Positions 1-9,932 of a stretch of 36,434 bases of DNA are shown here, piece after piece (positions within the stretch are counted from its first letter, which is position 1; each line of letters starts with the position of its first letter). The position numbers and the translations under genes were made by a program. The notes under the pieces were generated by a model. The model was given only the letters and a program-made list of their open reading frames with translations, did no database searches and was not told the DNA's origin. The stretch comes from Bdellovibrionia bacterium (lineage in GTDB: Bacteria > Bdellovibrionota > UBA1018): NCBI GenBank assembly GCA_045805065.1, contig JBJMMA010000217.1, positions 1 through 36,434 on the forward strand. Reading direction: 5' to 3'.

Positions 1-54
1 AACGAGAAGATGGGCAAAGGCTCCGGCGGGTCCAACCTCGCGAACTGTGACTAA
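1..54 (+). CDS. 3' end of an upstream gene (partial, unknown product)
   Basis: Frame 1 is open from base 1 (NEKMGKGSGGSNLANCD) to TAA at 52-54; too short to identify. Confidence 0.4.
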   Translation, partial: NEKMGKGSGGSNLANCD

Positions 55-62
55 AACTTCGA

Positions 63-91
63 TTGCCGGCCGGGCCAAGGCATAGTACCGT
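63..91 (+). promoter_or_regulatory. Putative sigma70 promoter of accD
   Basis: TTGCCG(63-68)-17 nt-TACCGT(86-91), 9 nt before ATG 101; no Shine-Dalgarno visible. Confidence 0.45.
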
Positions 92-100
92 CGGGCCCAT

Positions 101-979
101 ATGGCATGGTTTGATGATCTCAAGACACCCAGGATCAAGACGCAAGTCTCGGCCCGGACCTCGAAAGTTCCCGAAGGTCTTTGGGTCAAGTGCACTCAAT
201 GCGGCGAAATTCTTCAATCCAAGACTTTGAAAGACAACCTCTCGGTTTGTACGGAGTGCTCGTTGCACTTCCGGCTGACGGCCGCAGAGCGGATCGCGAT
301 GCTGACCGATGAAGGAAGCTTTGACGAGTACGCCGAAGATCTCGTCTCGAACGACCCGCTCGAGTTTGATGATACGAAGCCTTATAAGGCTCGTCTTCGC
401 TCGGCTGCAGGGACTACGGGCCTCAGAGACGCCTTTGTTGCCGGTAAGGCAAAGCTGGGCGGCCTCCCATATCATTTGGGCACGTTTGAGTTCAAATTCA
501 TGGGCGGAAGCATGGGCGTGGTGGTCGGCGAGAAGATCACGCGCCTTTATGAGAATGCTTTGAAAGACAGGCTTCCTGCCGTTGTGGTTTCGTCGTCGGG
601 CGGCGCTCGCATGCAGGAAGGGATTCTCTCCCTGATGCAAATGGCGAAAACGACCGCTGTTCTTGCGCAAATGCGCGAGCAGGGGATTCCTTATATTTCG
701 ATTCTCACTGATCCAACCACAGGTGGCGTTGCGGCTTCCTTTGCGATGTTGGGCGATATCATTATTGCTGAACCAGGAGCCTTGATCGGTTTTGCTGGCC
801 CCCGCGTGATCGAGCAGACGATTCGTCAAAAGCTCCCGCCAGGGTTCCAAAGAAGCGAGTTCCTGCTTAAGCACGGTTTTGTGGACCGGGTTGTTCATCG
901 TAAGGACCTGGCTCACGAGCTTCGCCAATGGATGTGGAGACTTGGTAAGCAGACATGCAAGTTCCCGTCCGGAGTTTAA
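101..979 (+). CDS. accD: Acetyl-CoA carboxylase carboxyltransferase beta subunit
   Basis: PEGLWVKC, C4 zinc finger (CTQC..CTEC), FMGGSMG, SGGARMQEG, DPTTGGVAAS, IGFAGPRVIEQT, FQRSEFLLKHG. Confidence 0.97.
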   Translation: MAWFDDLKTPRIKTQVSARTSKVPEGLWVKCTQCGEILQSKTLKDNLSVCTECSLHFRLTAAERIAMLTDEGSFDEYAEDLVSNDPLEFDDTKPYKARLRSAAGTTGLRDAFVAGKAKLGGLPYHLGTFEFKFMGGSMGVVVGEKITRLYENALKDRLPAVVVSSSGGARMQEGILSLMQMAKTTAVLAQMREQGIPYISILTDPTTGGVAASFAMLGDIIIAEPGALIGFAGPRVIEQTIRQKLPPGFQRSEFLLKHGFVDRVVHRKDLAHELRQWMWRLGKQTCKFPSGV

Positions 980-3423
980 GATCACTCCTTCCGGGAATTT
1001 CTTGGCTGGGGCTTGCTTTACTGGCCGCGACTTTGGGCGCGACCTCTTCGTTTGCGCTTGAAGATGGCTCGCCCATTCAGGCGTCAGGCACGAAAGAAGT
1101 CTGGAACCGCGCTCAGAACAAGGTCGAGCTTTTTGGCAATGCGGTGGTTCGTCAGCTGGGGGAATCCCTGCAGGCTGACTACATCGTTCTGGATCAGAAG
1201 CTCAGAACCCTGGATGCGCGCGGCAACTGTATCTACATGACCGGCGATGCGGTGATCTATGGCGAGGAGATGCATCTGAATCTCGACTCGCGTACGGGCA
1301 CCGTGGTCGAAGGCCGTGTCGCGACCGATCGCTTTACCCTGGCGGGTGAGCGGATTAATAAACTGGGCGCAAGTCGCTTTCAAACACACTGGGGTGAGTA
1401 CTCAACCTGTAAAGACTGTCCGCAAAGCTGGACCTTCACGGCAAAAGACGTCGACATGGAAGTGGAGGGTTATGCCTTCATGTCGGACGTTATGCTGAAG
1501 GTCAAAGACACGTCCGCACTTTGGTTTCCGTATCTCATCCTGCCGATGAAAAGCCGTCGTCAGACGGGCTTTCTCTTTCCGCGCTATCAGCTGACCTCGC
1601 AGGACGGCTTTGTTTTCGTCGAGCCTTTCTTCTGGGCGATCAATCGAAGCTCCGACATGACGATCGGGCTCGGAACTTACGCCGATCGCGGTTTCAGAGG
1701 GGAGTGGGAAGGGCGTTATGCGCTTTCTCCAAGAAGCGCTGGTACGGCTGATTTCTTCTATATTCACGATAGAACGATGCGCGATAAGGACAAGGACGGT
1801 GAATACAATCCGTCCAATAACGTCAATCGCTGGGGCCTCGACGTTACGCAGACCCAGGAGCTGCCCTGGGGCCTGGAAGAAAAGCTTCGCGTCACGGATG
1901 CGAGCGATAATCTTTATCCATTCCGCTTCGGGGATCTCTCTCAAAAGAACGAAGCCTACCTTGAGTCGAGTCTGAACTTTTCGTATTCGACCTCAGATAT
2001 CAGCGTTAATTTGAATGGGCGCGTTTATCGCAATCTTCTGGCATTGGGGCCGCTCAATACCGTTTTTCAAAATGGTCAGTACCAGCTTCAGCTGGGCGAA
2101 GTGGATATCAGAAAGTTTGATACCAATACGGTTCAAGCTTACCCGTCGCTCGTCATGACGACGAACGATCGATTCTTGCTCAATACCGGAGTCGTAGGCG
2201 GACTGACGGTGGGCGTGACAAACTTCACTCGTGGTGCCGGAGGTTTCGATAACGCTTATGAGGATCAGGTCATTACCAATCCAAATCTCCCGCCCGAGAA
2301 CAATTATGACCCAGGCGTCGATCCCCTGAGAAAAGCAACACGCTTTTCGCTCACTCCGTCCATCTATACCACTTTACAGCCGATTGATGGAATCGCACTG
2401 ACTCCGTCACTTCAGTACAATAGCTTTTATTATTTTTTTCGCGAAGCCCCAGGCGTTACGCCGCTTTATCACGCATGGCCACTTTTGCAGCTCGATCTCT
2501 CCACGCAGCTTGAGCGTGTCTATGATCTCGATAGCCCGGAAGTTCCAAGGCGCAAGCATCTGATCCGTCCATTTGTCACTTATTCGAACATCCCTTGGGA
2601 GCAAAAACCCGGCTCGCACCCATTCATTGAGCAAATCAATTACGCTAGAAGCAATCTCAAGGGTAAAGTGGGTTACAACTTCGACGATAACGACATCGTC
2701 CCGCGCGATAACGCTCCCTTTACGCAGAACTACTTTGTTCCGCTCGGAAACTCAGTGAGCTACGGTTTCCGAACTCAGCTCATTGATCGCGTGGGAGCGG
2801 TGGATCAGCCTGCAGCGAACTATCGCATGCCGATGGAATTCAGCGCGGGTCAGACTTTCAACTTCCGCGAGTATCAGATCAATCCAAGCGGCCCGCATCC
2901 GCTTTCGCGACTCTTCTCAAACTTAAAGACGAACTATCTGGATAAGATCACGACGGATACGACCTATTACTATTATCCGTATATTTCAGGGATCAAGAAT
3001 CAGGTCTCGTCTTCGATCACGTATATTCTGGAACGAAGCCTTCATCAACGCATCATGGCGTTCGATCGAAGCTTGAACCTCAATTACACCTATAATCGTA
3101 TCGGTTACACGGGTACCGATCCCACGGGTGTGGGTACGCATCAGCTTCAGGGCTCATTGAATTTCTCGATTAATGACTATCTGATGCCTTCGGCCTCAGG
3201 CTATTATAACTTCATCACGCATCATCTTGACGGTTGGGGTTATGGTCTTGCGTTCCAAAGCCCATCGCAATGCTGGAAGATTTCAACGGCTGTGACGTTT
3301 GACCCGACGCAAGGTCACGTGTTCAGTGCGCCATCCATCAGCTTGAATCTGACTGGATCCGGGTTTGAAGGCATGAACGAGATCTCGCAGCAAACCAGCG
3401 CCTCCAGTTCCACGTCGCGCTAA
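955..3423 (+). CDS. lptD: LPS-assembly outer-membrane protein LptD (OstA/Imp family)
   Basis: Signal peptide, N-terminal OstA-like beta-jellyroll, YSTC..C..SW, RRQTGFLFP, PFFWAI, aromatic-rich beta strands, C-terminal QCW; overlaps accD by 25 nt, exact start uncertain. Confidence 0.88.
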   Translation: MQVPVRSLRSLLPGISWLGLALLAATLGATSSFALEDGSPIQASGTKEVWNRAQNKVELFGNAVVRQLGESLQADYIVLDQKLRTLDARGNCIYMTGDAVIYGEEMHLNLDSRTGTVVEGRVATDRFTLAGERINKLGASRFQTHWGEYSTCKDCPQSWTFTAKDVDMEVEGYAFMSDVMLKVKDTSALWFPYLILPMKSRRQTGFLFPRYQLTSQDGFVFVEPFFWAINRSSDMTIGLGTYADRGFRGEWEGRYALSPRSAGTADFFYIHDRTMRDKDKDGEYNPSNNVNRWGLDVTQTQELPWGLEEKLRVTDASDNLYPFRFGDLSQKNEAYLESSLNFSYSTSDISVNLNGRVYRNLLALGPLNTVFQNGQYQLQLGEVDIRKFDTNTVQAYPSLVMTTNDRFLLNTGVVGGLTVGVTNFTRGAGGFDNAYEDQVITNPNLPPENNYDPGVDPLRKATRFSLTPSIYTTLQPIDGIALTPSLQYNSFYYFFREAPGVTPLYHAWPLLQLDLSTQLERVYDLDSPEVPRRKHLIRPFVTYSNIPWEQKPGSHPFIEQINYARSNLKGKVGYNFDDNDIVPRDNAPFTQNYFVPLGNSVSYGFRTQLIDRVGAVDQPAANYRMPMEFSAGQTFNFREYQINPSGPHPLSRLFSNLKTNYLDKITTDTTYYYYPYISGIKNQVSSSITYILERSLHQRIMAFDRSLNLNYTYNRIGYTGTDPTGVGTHQLQGSLNFSINDYLMPSASGYYNFITHHLDGWGYGLAFQSPSQCWKISTAVTFDPTQGHVFSAPSISLNLTGSGFEGMNEISQQTSASSSTSR

Positions 3424-3470
3424 GCTAGGCTCTTTACTTTCTCCAAGCCTTCGGGGATGACTAAGGAACT

Positions 3471-4208
3471 ATGGTGAACGTTCGAACCTATTCGCAGACT
3501 GCAATTCCTCATCTTGAGTCCTTGATCTCGAAAAACGAGAAAACCATGGAGCGCATCGCAAGCCAATTGGTCAGCGATGTCTCTCAAGGTAAGTCGCTTC
3601 TTGTTTTTGGAAGCGGACACTCTTCGATCTTCCCGCTTGAGCTTTATCATCGCGCGGGGGGCGCATCGTTTGTGGTTCCGGTCGTTGCCGATTATCTATT
3701 GCCGACAGCAGGACCTCCTGTGGTTCGCGTGCTTGAGCGCACGGCGGGCGTAGCTACTGCAATTCTGGCTCGCGCGGAACCTAAAGAAGGGGAGATGCTT
3801 TGGCTATCGTCTAACTCAGGCATCAACGCTGCGGTTGTCGATCTTGCGCTTGAAGCAAAAAAGAAGGGGATGAGAACGGTTGCATTCACAAGCCTTCCAC
3901 ACTCTCAATCTGTGGCGTCTCGTCACCCTTCCGGAAAACGCCTTTTTGAAGTCTGCGACGAGACGATTGATATTGGTGGCGTGCGTGGAGATGCCTCAAT
4001 CGCAATTGCCTCAGGCGTTGCAGCTGGACCGCTTTCCACGTTGAGCACTGTGATGCTGGGCCACTCGATCTTGGTTGCTGCGATTGCGGGCCTGGAAGCC
4101 AAGGGTATTCCTTGCGTTTACACGAGCGTGAACACGCCTGAGGGCGAAGCTCGAAACGTTGAGCTGGAGCGCATCGCTCAGAAGCGCGATCCGCTTTTGC
4201 GTGGCTAG
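3471..4208 (+). CDS. SIS-domain (sugar isomerase-like) protein
   Basis: VFGSGHS, SSNSGINAAVVDLA, TSLPHS..SRHPSGKRLFEVCD, GP.ST motifs of single-SIS proteins. Confidence 0.85.
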   Translation: MVNVRTYSQTAIPHLESLISKNEKTMERIASQLVSDVSQGKSLLVFGSGHSSIFPLELYHRAGGASFVVPVVADYLLPTAGPPVVRVLERTAGVATAILARAEPKEGEMLWLSSNSGINAAVVDLALEAKKKGMRTVAFTSLPHSQSVASRHPSGKRLFEVCDETIDIGGVRGDASIAIASGVAAGPLSTLSTVMLGHSILVAAIAGLEAKGIPCVYTSVNTPEGEARNVELERIAQKRDPLLRG

Positions 4209-4213
4209 CTCGC

Positions 4214-5674
4214 TTACTGGCTCATTTCTTTCTTGAAGTAGAAAAAGGGCGCATCAGGATTAATCACCTTTTTCCAATCCGAGTAGGTTCCTAAAAGTTT
4301 AAAGATGCTGCCGGAGTCTGGGAACTTGAAGCTTGAGTTCACCTCGACCGGTTGTACTCCTTCAAAGGTCTTGCGGAGTCCAGCCTCGTACTTCTGAGTG
4401 CTGATGGGTTTTGTTTTCCCATCGAGGGATGTGGCGCCAAACCAGGCGCCTGCCGCAGCTTGAGTCAAGTCCAAGCGGATATTGTTGTTGTAGTTGGAGA
4501 ACGCGTTTTCCCGGTAAGGTCTTGTCCGGTCTCGCCCGGGTGTTACCGTCATGAACTGGTACCCCTTGTCGGCAGAAAACGCTGCGGCTGCAGCGGCCTC
4601 GATGTCCTTCGTCTTTTTGGCGACTTCTCTTGCGAGATAGGCAGCCATCCAGAAATGATATTCTTTGCCGTAGTCACAGTTGATCGGCACATCCTTTGGG
4701 TAAGAATAGAGCGCACCTCTGCCCGCGCTTAATCGATCCAAGGCAGGGGCACCGGTGGAAATGACGTGAAAGACCTGCAGGAGCGCCCGGTTGCCTGAGT
4801 AGCCGCAGACTCGTGATGCATGATAAGTCAGGTTGGAGCCTGAGGTTGCGAGAAATCCCATCGACTTCCAGGTGTACTCCTCGGCAAGGCTCGGGTCTTT
4901 GACTTCCTTCAGGAACAAGCGTTTCAGATCATCAAAGAGATGTCCGGCTGGAGCCTTTTTGTTTTCCAGCTGATCCAGCATCTCAAGAGATAGGGTATGA
5001 AAAACGCGGTAGTAGACAGGATCGTTCACGACCTGCTGCCAGACGTCGATCAGGGTAATGAATTGCACCGGGCGCGCAATATCCTGAATGATGCCTAACC
5101 CTTCCGCACAAGAGGAGAGGTGGGTGAGCGTGAGATCCTTGCACGCAAAGCTTGCTTGAGCAAACCCTGCTTTGTAATCGGCTGCCGCACTGGAGGTTTG
5201 ATTTGCGCGCTCCATTCCGGCCATCAGCTTGCCTGACTTTCCGGAGAGGGAGGCAAGCCCTCGATTGCAGGCAGCGGCTTCTTCCTGTCCGATTTCAGGG
5301 TGGCTTTTCAACTCATTGCGAATGGATTCGTACGTGTCTCTTGGCTGAGCTTTTGCGGAGAGATCCTTTTTTACACGGGCGAACATTGCAAGGAATGTGT
5401 TCTCTCTTGCTTCCAGAGATGCTGCAAAATTATCAATCCAAACCTGGCCCCCTGATGGGGTTTCTTCAGAGTCACGGTATCCGTTGACCCGGCAATATTC
5501 AGGGATATTGCTCATTGTGCTCAAGTTGACGAGCGATGGAATCTTTTTGGAAAGTTCCTTCAAGTGCTGAAAGCTCTCCTCGATACTGGAAGGGCAGTCT
5601 TCTGCGAGTGCAGGGATCCAGGCGGTGCTCATGCTGAATATGAGCAATAATCCTATAGCCTTTTTGCCAATCAT
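4214..5674 (-). CDS. Secreted Cys-containing, largely helical hypothetical protein
   Basis: Long ORF; ATG 5674 gives a signal peptide MIGKKAIGLLLIFSMSTAWIPALA (ORF track starts at 5755). Confidence 0.8.
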   Translation of the reverse strand: MIGKKAIGLLLIFSMSTAWIPALAEDCPSSIEESFQHLKELSKKIPSLVNLSTMSNIPEYCRVNGYRDSEETPSGGQVWIDNFAASLEARENTFLAMFARVKKDLSAKAQPRDTYESIRNELKSHPEIGQEEAAACNRGLASLSGKSGKLMAGMERANQTSSAAADYKAGFAQASFACKDLTLTHLSSCAEGLGIIQDIARPVQFITLIDVWQQVVNDPVYYRVFHTLSLEMLDQLENKKAPAGHLFDDLKRLFLKEVKDPSLAEEYTWKSMGFLATSGSNLTYHASRVCGYSGNRALLQVFHVISTGAPALDRLSAGRGALYSYPKDVPINCDYGKEYHFWMAAYLAREVAKKTKDIEAAAAAAFSADKGYQFMTVTPGRDRTRPYRENAFSNYNNNIRLDLTQAAAGAWFGATSLDGKTKPISTQKYEAGLRKTFEGVQPVEVNSSFKFPDSGSIFKLLGTYSDWKKVINPDAPFFYFKKEMSQ

Positions 5675-5826
5675 GTCTTGGAGAATTGCAGCTGGAGTGC
5701 CACTGGGGCAAGATGAAAAGTTCAACAAGTTTAGAATGTGTCTCAGAAAACACATGTTAAATGCTTTGCATTTGATTGTGGGATTGGCAGCTCGAGGCTG
5801 AGTAATATCTAGTCAGTCTTTCCAGG

Positions 5827-8529
5827 TCAGTTTAAGGACAGGAAAGACATCGGTGTAGTTGACGAATCGGTGATCGCGCCATTTCCGATTTGTCCGATGT
5901 CATTATTTCCTTTGCAGTGAAGTCCATCGTCCGTTACAGCGCACACAACGGGGTTGTTACTTCGGAGTGCGCCGATCGATACGGAATGGACTCCTGATGA
6001 AAGGCCTGGGATCAGAGTTGCGACTGGAGAAGAGCTTGTTCCCCAGCATTTCGCTGCGCCATTATCGACAGCACAGGCGTTGAATTCCGTTACCGCAAGG
6101 TTCGTCACATTGCCGCTGAGTCCAGCCACGGTAATCGGAGTGTTGCTCGTTCCGATTCCCCAGCATTTCACGCCACCACTTACGATAGCGCAGGCGAAGA
6201 CACGGCCAACTGCAATTGCAGTGACTCCGCTGGTTAATCCCTGAACCTGTACAGGCACAAGACTGTCTATGCCTGTGCCGTCTCCCAATGCGCCGTAGCT
6301 GCTGGATCCCCAACACATGGCTGCTCCATTCACTACTGCGCAAGAGTGAGCGGGACCCGTAGCGATTGAGGTAACCCCAGAGGAGAGCCCCTGAACCGCG
6401 ACAGGGACATTGGTGCCGGTAGTTGAGTTGTTGCCAAGTTGTCCTGAATTGTTCGCGCCCCAGCACCAGGCTGCGCCGTTGACGATCGCGCAGCTTGTGC
6501 CCCCACCTGTAGCGATCGCGGTCACTCCGCTGGTGAGGCCTATGACTTGCTGAGGGATTGCTCCGTTCGGGGAGCTACCTGTTCCTAAGGCTCCGTAGAC
6601 ACTATCACCCCAGCACATGGCGCCCCCGTTAACGATCGCGCAGGTATGAACCGCCTCAGAACCCGAAGCAGAAATAGCGGTTGCTCCGCTGGTGATGCCA
6701 ATTGCCTGCACTGGAGTAAAACTTGAAGAGCTGGAGTTGTTTCCTAGGAAGTTGCCTAATCCCCAGCATTTCACCGCTCCATTGACGATGGCGCATCCAT
6801 GGGCTCCGCTTCCAGTAGTTAGAATCGTCGGGATCGAGTTGGTAATATCAGCGAGGAAGGATCCGGTGGTCAAACCCGTTGCCGATGCAGAGAGATTGAC
6901 CATTTCAGCATTGGAGTCCATGAAATAGAACTGCATGGCACTTGTCCCAGAGGTCAGTGTGACGTCAGTGATAGGGATCGTGCACGTGTCATCGATATAA
7001 AAGGCTCCGCCCGTTCCATCGTTCGTCAGATTGACAGTAGTATCAGAAGAAACAGGACTGATGTTCCTGTAAGTGTCCAGCGATGTTACGGTATAGGCTA
7101 CGCTGCAGGTATTTGGTTGTACAAACGAAGGACCGGTGATCATGAGACGGTTTTCCGTCGTTGGGGTCACCGTAAAAGTGAACGCGGGTCCTCCCGTAGA
7201 TAGGGATGAGGAAGCGCCAATTGAATGTTGAGTGGAGCCTGCTCGGTTTATCTTGGCGTAGAAGGTGATAGAGCTTTGACCCATCGGTATCGTCATATAG
7301 CCAGTGTCGCCACCGGATCCAAGTGTGGTCGTGCAAGAGGCATCGCTGTAGAACGTTTCATAGCGACCGCTTGTGGTAGGATTATAGACCGATGCCGTTG
7401 TGTTCACTGGAACTGGAAAATCAGCACCAGTGGCGTCCTTTGTCGTCACAGTGAAAGTGCCGCAGGTTCCAGCTATCAATAGAGTCGGCCCGCTGATCAC
7501 AAGTCGAGTCTGGATTGCAACCGCTAGGGTTCCGTCTGTGAGCCCGGTAGTGGAAGCATCCAAGGTCAGAGCTTCGGACACAACGTCCTTGAAATAAAAG
7601 TTTGCGTTGCTGCCGCCTGCACTGATGTTCACGCTGGTGACAGGTGTTGCGCATCCTGAGTCACTATAGAAAGTTCCTGAGCCTCCACCGGAGAGCGCAA
7701 CGCTTCCTCCGGCACTTAATGCAGAGGTGTTTCCAAAGGTGTCTGTGCTTCGAATGGTGTAGGCAGAGCTGCATCCATTCACAATGACGCCTGTTGGGCC
7801 GGTGAGTGCTAACTTTGCGGGTGGTCCCGCCAGGATAGTGATACTCAGAGAGCTTGAGGTGAGCCCAGTGGCGCTTGCCGTGAAAGTAAAAGTTTCTGCC
7901 TTCGTATCTCTCAGATAAATCGTGGTCGAGCTTGATCCTGCTGCGATGCTTGCGCTGGATGTAGGAGTCGCGCAGCTTGAGTCTGAGTAGAAGACGCTTG
8001 AGGCACTTCCGGTGACATTAACTGTTGTTGCGGTCGATGCCGCATTCGCCAGATTGCCGTAGGCATCTTTCTGGGTGACGGTGTAGGGGCTGCAATCTCC
8101 TGCCGTCAGCGATGTAGCGCCGCTGAGCAAGAGCTGAGAGGGCGCGCCGGGCTGAATGGTGATCGAAGCGTCTCTTGTGACGCCTCTGAGGTCAGTCAGT
8201 CTGACGACAGCGCTTCCGGGAGCCGTGGGTGCTTGAAAGAGTCCCGTGTTTGCGTCGATTGATCCGCCGCCTGAAACGACTTGAAAGATATAGGGAGGGA
8301 CGCCGCCTTGAGCGGTGAAGGGTAAAGTGCCTCCGGCTGAAGCGATGTTGGAAGGGGATGAAAGAGTGAGTTCCTCAATGGTGGAATGAATTGCGTTCGC
8401 AAGCTCGTGAGCGCCGATCAGCTTGGCTTTCACGCATGAGCTGAGAAAAAGAAGTGAAATGCCCATGGCCACGGCCACGGCAATCCTAGATTGTGAGCGC
8501 GTTGTTGAGAACGTCCTGCTGCTGCTCAT
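5827..8529 (-). CDS. Surface lipoprotein with tandem Ig-like repeats and C-terminal RCC1/BLIP-II-type beta-propeller
   Basis: Lipobox LSSC; four ~105-115 aa Ser/Thr-rich repeats (L..TGP..C..YTV...D..FYSD..C); repeated CAIVNG...CWG....G.LG blades. Confidence 0.85.
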   Translation of the reverse strand: MSSSRTFSTTRSQSRIAVAVAMGISLLFLSSCVKAKLIGAHELANAIHSTIEELTLSSPSNIASAGGTLPFTAQGGVPPYIFQVVSGGGSIDANTGLFQAPTAPGSAVVRLTDLRGVTRDASITIQPGAPSQLLLSGATSLTAGDCSPYTVTQKDAYGNLANAASTATTVNVTGSASSVFYSDSSCATPTSSASIAAGSSSTTIYLRDTKAETFTFTASATGLTSSSLSITILAGPPAKLALTGPTGVIVNGCSSAYTIRSTDTFGNTSALSAGGSVALSGGGSGTFYSDSGCATPVTSVNISAGGSNANFYFKDVVSEALTLDASTTGLTDGTLAVAIQTRLVISGPTLLIAGTCGTFTVTTKDATGADFPVPVNTTASVYNPTTSGRYETFYSDASCTTTLGSGGDTGYMTIPMGQSSITFYAKINRAGSTQHSIGASSSLSTGGPAFTFTVTPTTENRLMITGPSFVQPNTCSVAYTVTSLDTYRNISPVSSDTTVNLTNDGTGGAFYIDDTCTIPITDVTLTSGTSAMQFYFMDSNAEMVNLSASATGLTTGSFLADITNSIPTILTTGSGAHGCAIVNGAVKCWGLGNFLGNNSSSSSFTPVQAIGITSGATAISASGSEAVHTCAIVNGGAMCWGDSVYGALGTGSSPNGAIPQQVIGLTSGVTAIATGGGTSCAIVNGAAWCWGANNSGQLGNNSTTGTNVPVAVQGLSSGVTSIATGPAHSCAVVNGAAMCWGSSSYGALGDGTGIDSLVPVQVQGLTSGVTAIAVGRVFACAIVSGGVKCWGIGTSNTPITVAGLSGNVTNLAVTEFNACAVDNGAAKCWGTSSSPVATLIPGLSSGVHSVSIGALRSNNPVVCAVTDDGLHCKGNNDIGQIGNGAITDSSTTPMSFLSLN

Positions 8530-8535
8530 AACAAA

Positions 8536-8564
8536 ATCTTAACAACTGATGTGAGCCAAGTCGA
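8536..8564 (-). promoter_or_regulatory. Putative sigma70 extended -10 promoter, leaderless, for the RCC1-repeat gene
   Basis: Minus strand TCGACT-17 nt-TAAGAT with TGn extension, then 6 nt, then ATG 8529. Confidence 0.65.
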
Positions 8565-8712
8565 TGTGTGTCAGTTGGGACAAAGTGTGGTATATGCTGG
8601 ATTCTTAAGGTTTTAATTTGGTATGAAAATAAATTTACTAGCATACGAAATAATAAACTGAAATTGTGTAACCGAGCTGCAATTAATCGTAGTGCCTTTG
8701 AGGGATCAGAAT

Positions 8713-9324
8713 ATGAGCAAAATCATCACCGGGCCGGATGGTAAAACGCGCTGTCATTGGTGTGCAGCGACGCCCGAGTACGTGAATTATCACGACAACG
8801 AATGGGGTTTTCCCGTTCGTGACGACGTTCGGCTTTTTGAAAAGCTCAGTCTGGAGGGGTTTCAGTCAGGCTTAAGCTGGCGCACGATTCTCACCAAGCG
8901 CGAAAACTTTCGTAAAGCCTTCGAGGGTTTTGATTTCAACAAGGTGGCGCGCTTTACTCAGCGGGACGTGGCTCGCCTTCTCAAGGATGCGGGCATTGTC
9001 CGCCATAAAGGAAAAATCGAGGCCGTAATCAATAACGCCAAAAAAGCGCAAGAGCTTGTCGAGCGCGAAGGGTCGCTTGCGGCTTATATCTGGAGTTTTG
9101 AGCCTGATGCGAAAGCGCTGGGCAGGCCTCAGTCTGAGACGACCTCTGAAGCATCGGTTGCTCTATCCAAGGCGCTCAAAAAACAAGGCTGGAAGTTTGT
9201 GGGCCCTACGACGATGTATGCCTTTATGCAGGCCATGGGATTGATTAACGATCACGTCGAGGATTGTGTGATTCGAGCGGACGCTGAACGGAAACGAAAA
9301 GCATTCAAGCGTCCCAGAAAATAA
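8713..9324 (+). CDS. tag: DNA-3-methyladenine glycosylase I
   Basis: RC.W, YHDNEWG.P, LEGFQSGLSW.TIL.KR, GWKFVGPTT.YAFMQA.G..NDH...C; ATG 8713 preceded by GAGGGA. Confidence 0.95.
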   Translation: MSKIITGPDGKTRCHWCAATPEYVNYHDNEWGFPVRDDVRLFEKLSLEGFQSGLSWRTILTKRENFRKAFEGFDFNKVARFTQRDVARLLKDAGIVRHKGKIEAVINNAKKAQELVEREGSLAAYIWSFEPDAKALGRPQSETTSEASVALSKALKKQGWKFVGPTTMYAFMQAMGLINDHVEDCVIRADAERKRKAFKRPRK

Positions 9325-9326
9325 GC

Positions 9327-9363
9327 AGGCTCATGCCCTTATAGGTGAAAGGCATGAGCCTTT
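9327..9363 (+). terminator. Intrinsic terminator-like hairpin after tag
   Basis: AGGCTCATGCC(9327-9337)/GGCATGAGCCT(9351-9361) perfect 11-bp stem with a short T run, 2 nt after the stop. Confidence 0.7.
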
Positions 9364-9570
9364 GGATTGTCGCTGATCACGTTTTACCTTTTTTGCAGAG
9401 GCATTGGACTTAATTGGGTCATTAGAAAGCGCCGACCTGAGTAGGTGGGGCCAGCGTCGACTTCTAGAGTTCTCATGCTGCCGCGGCATCCTGTCTTAAG
9501 AGCTCGGACCTGGCCACCGATCGAGATGATCACGGACTGTGATCCTGGATCGTAAGAGTCGTGCCGGACC

Positions 9571-9882
9571 ACTCCTGATCCCAAAGCACTTGGGTTCGGA
9601 ATCCTTGCCTTTGTGGGCGTGCATGTAAACCGCACTCAGGACATTCCAGAGCTTTTGAATGAAGTTCGCGCACTAAGAAACGTTGTGGAAGCGCACTACA
9701 CGACGGGGGATTATGCGCTTTTCTTGAAGGTCTACGCCAAGGACATGGAAGATTATTACTTCTTCCTGATGAAACGCTTGCAGAAGATCAAAGGGATCCG
9801 CTCGACTGAGTCCTTCATGTGCATGGCGACGCCGATTCAGCGGGAGCTTGAGGTTCCATCAGCTCACGCTCGGGGGCGTTGA
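9571..9882 (+). pseudogene. Lrp/AsnC-family regulator fragment (linker plus ligand-binding domain, no HTH)
   Basis: In-frame PDPKALGFGILAFVGVHV..VVEAHYTTGDYALFLKV..IKGIRSTESF; in-frame TAA at 9553-9555 and no HTH-like sequence seen upstream. Confidence 0.7.
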
Positions 9883-9932
9883 TTAGGACTCAGGAGCCAG
9901 GTGCGACTGTGGGCATTCGATTAACGAGTGCT

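Noticed and set aside
5850..6830. RCC1 repeats as a diversity-generating or recombination cassette
   Set aside because: Repeats are diverged at DNA level, with no template repeat or reverse transcriptase in the window
8543..8577. CAACTGA/TCAGTTG dyad over the RCC1-gene promoter
   Set aside because: Only 7 bp with a 21-nt spacer; could be chance
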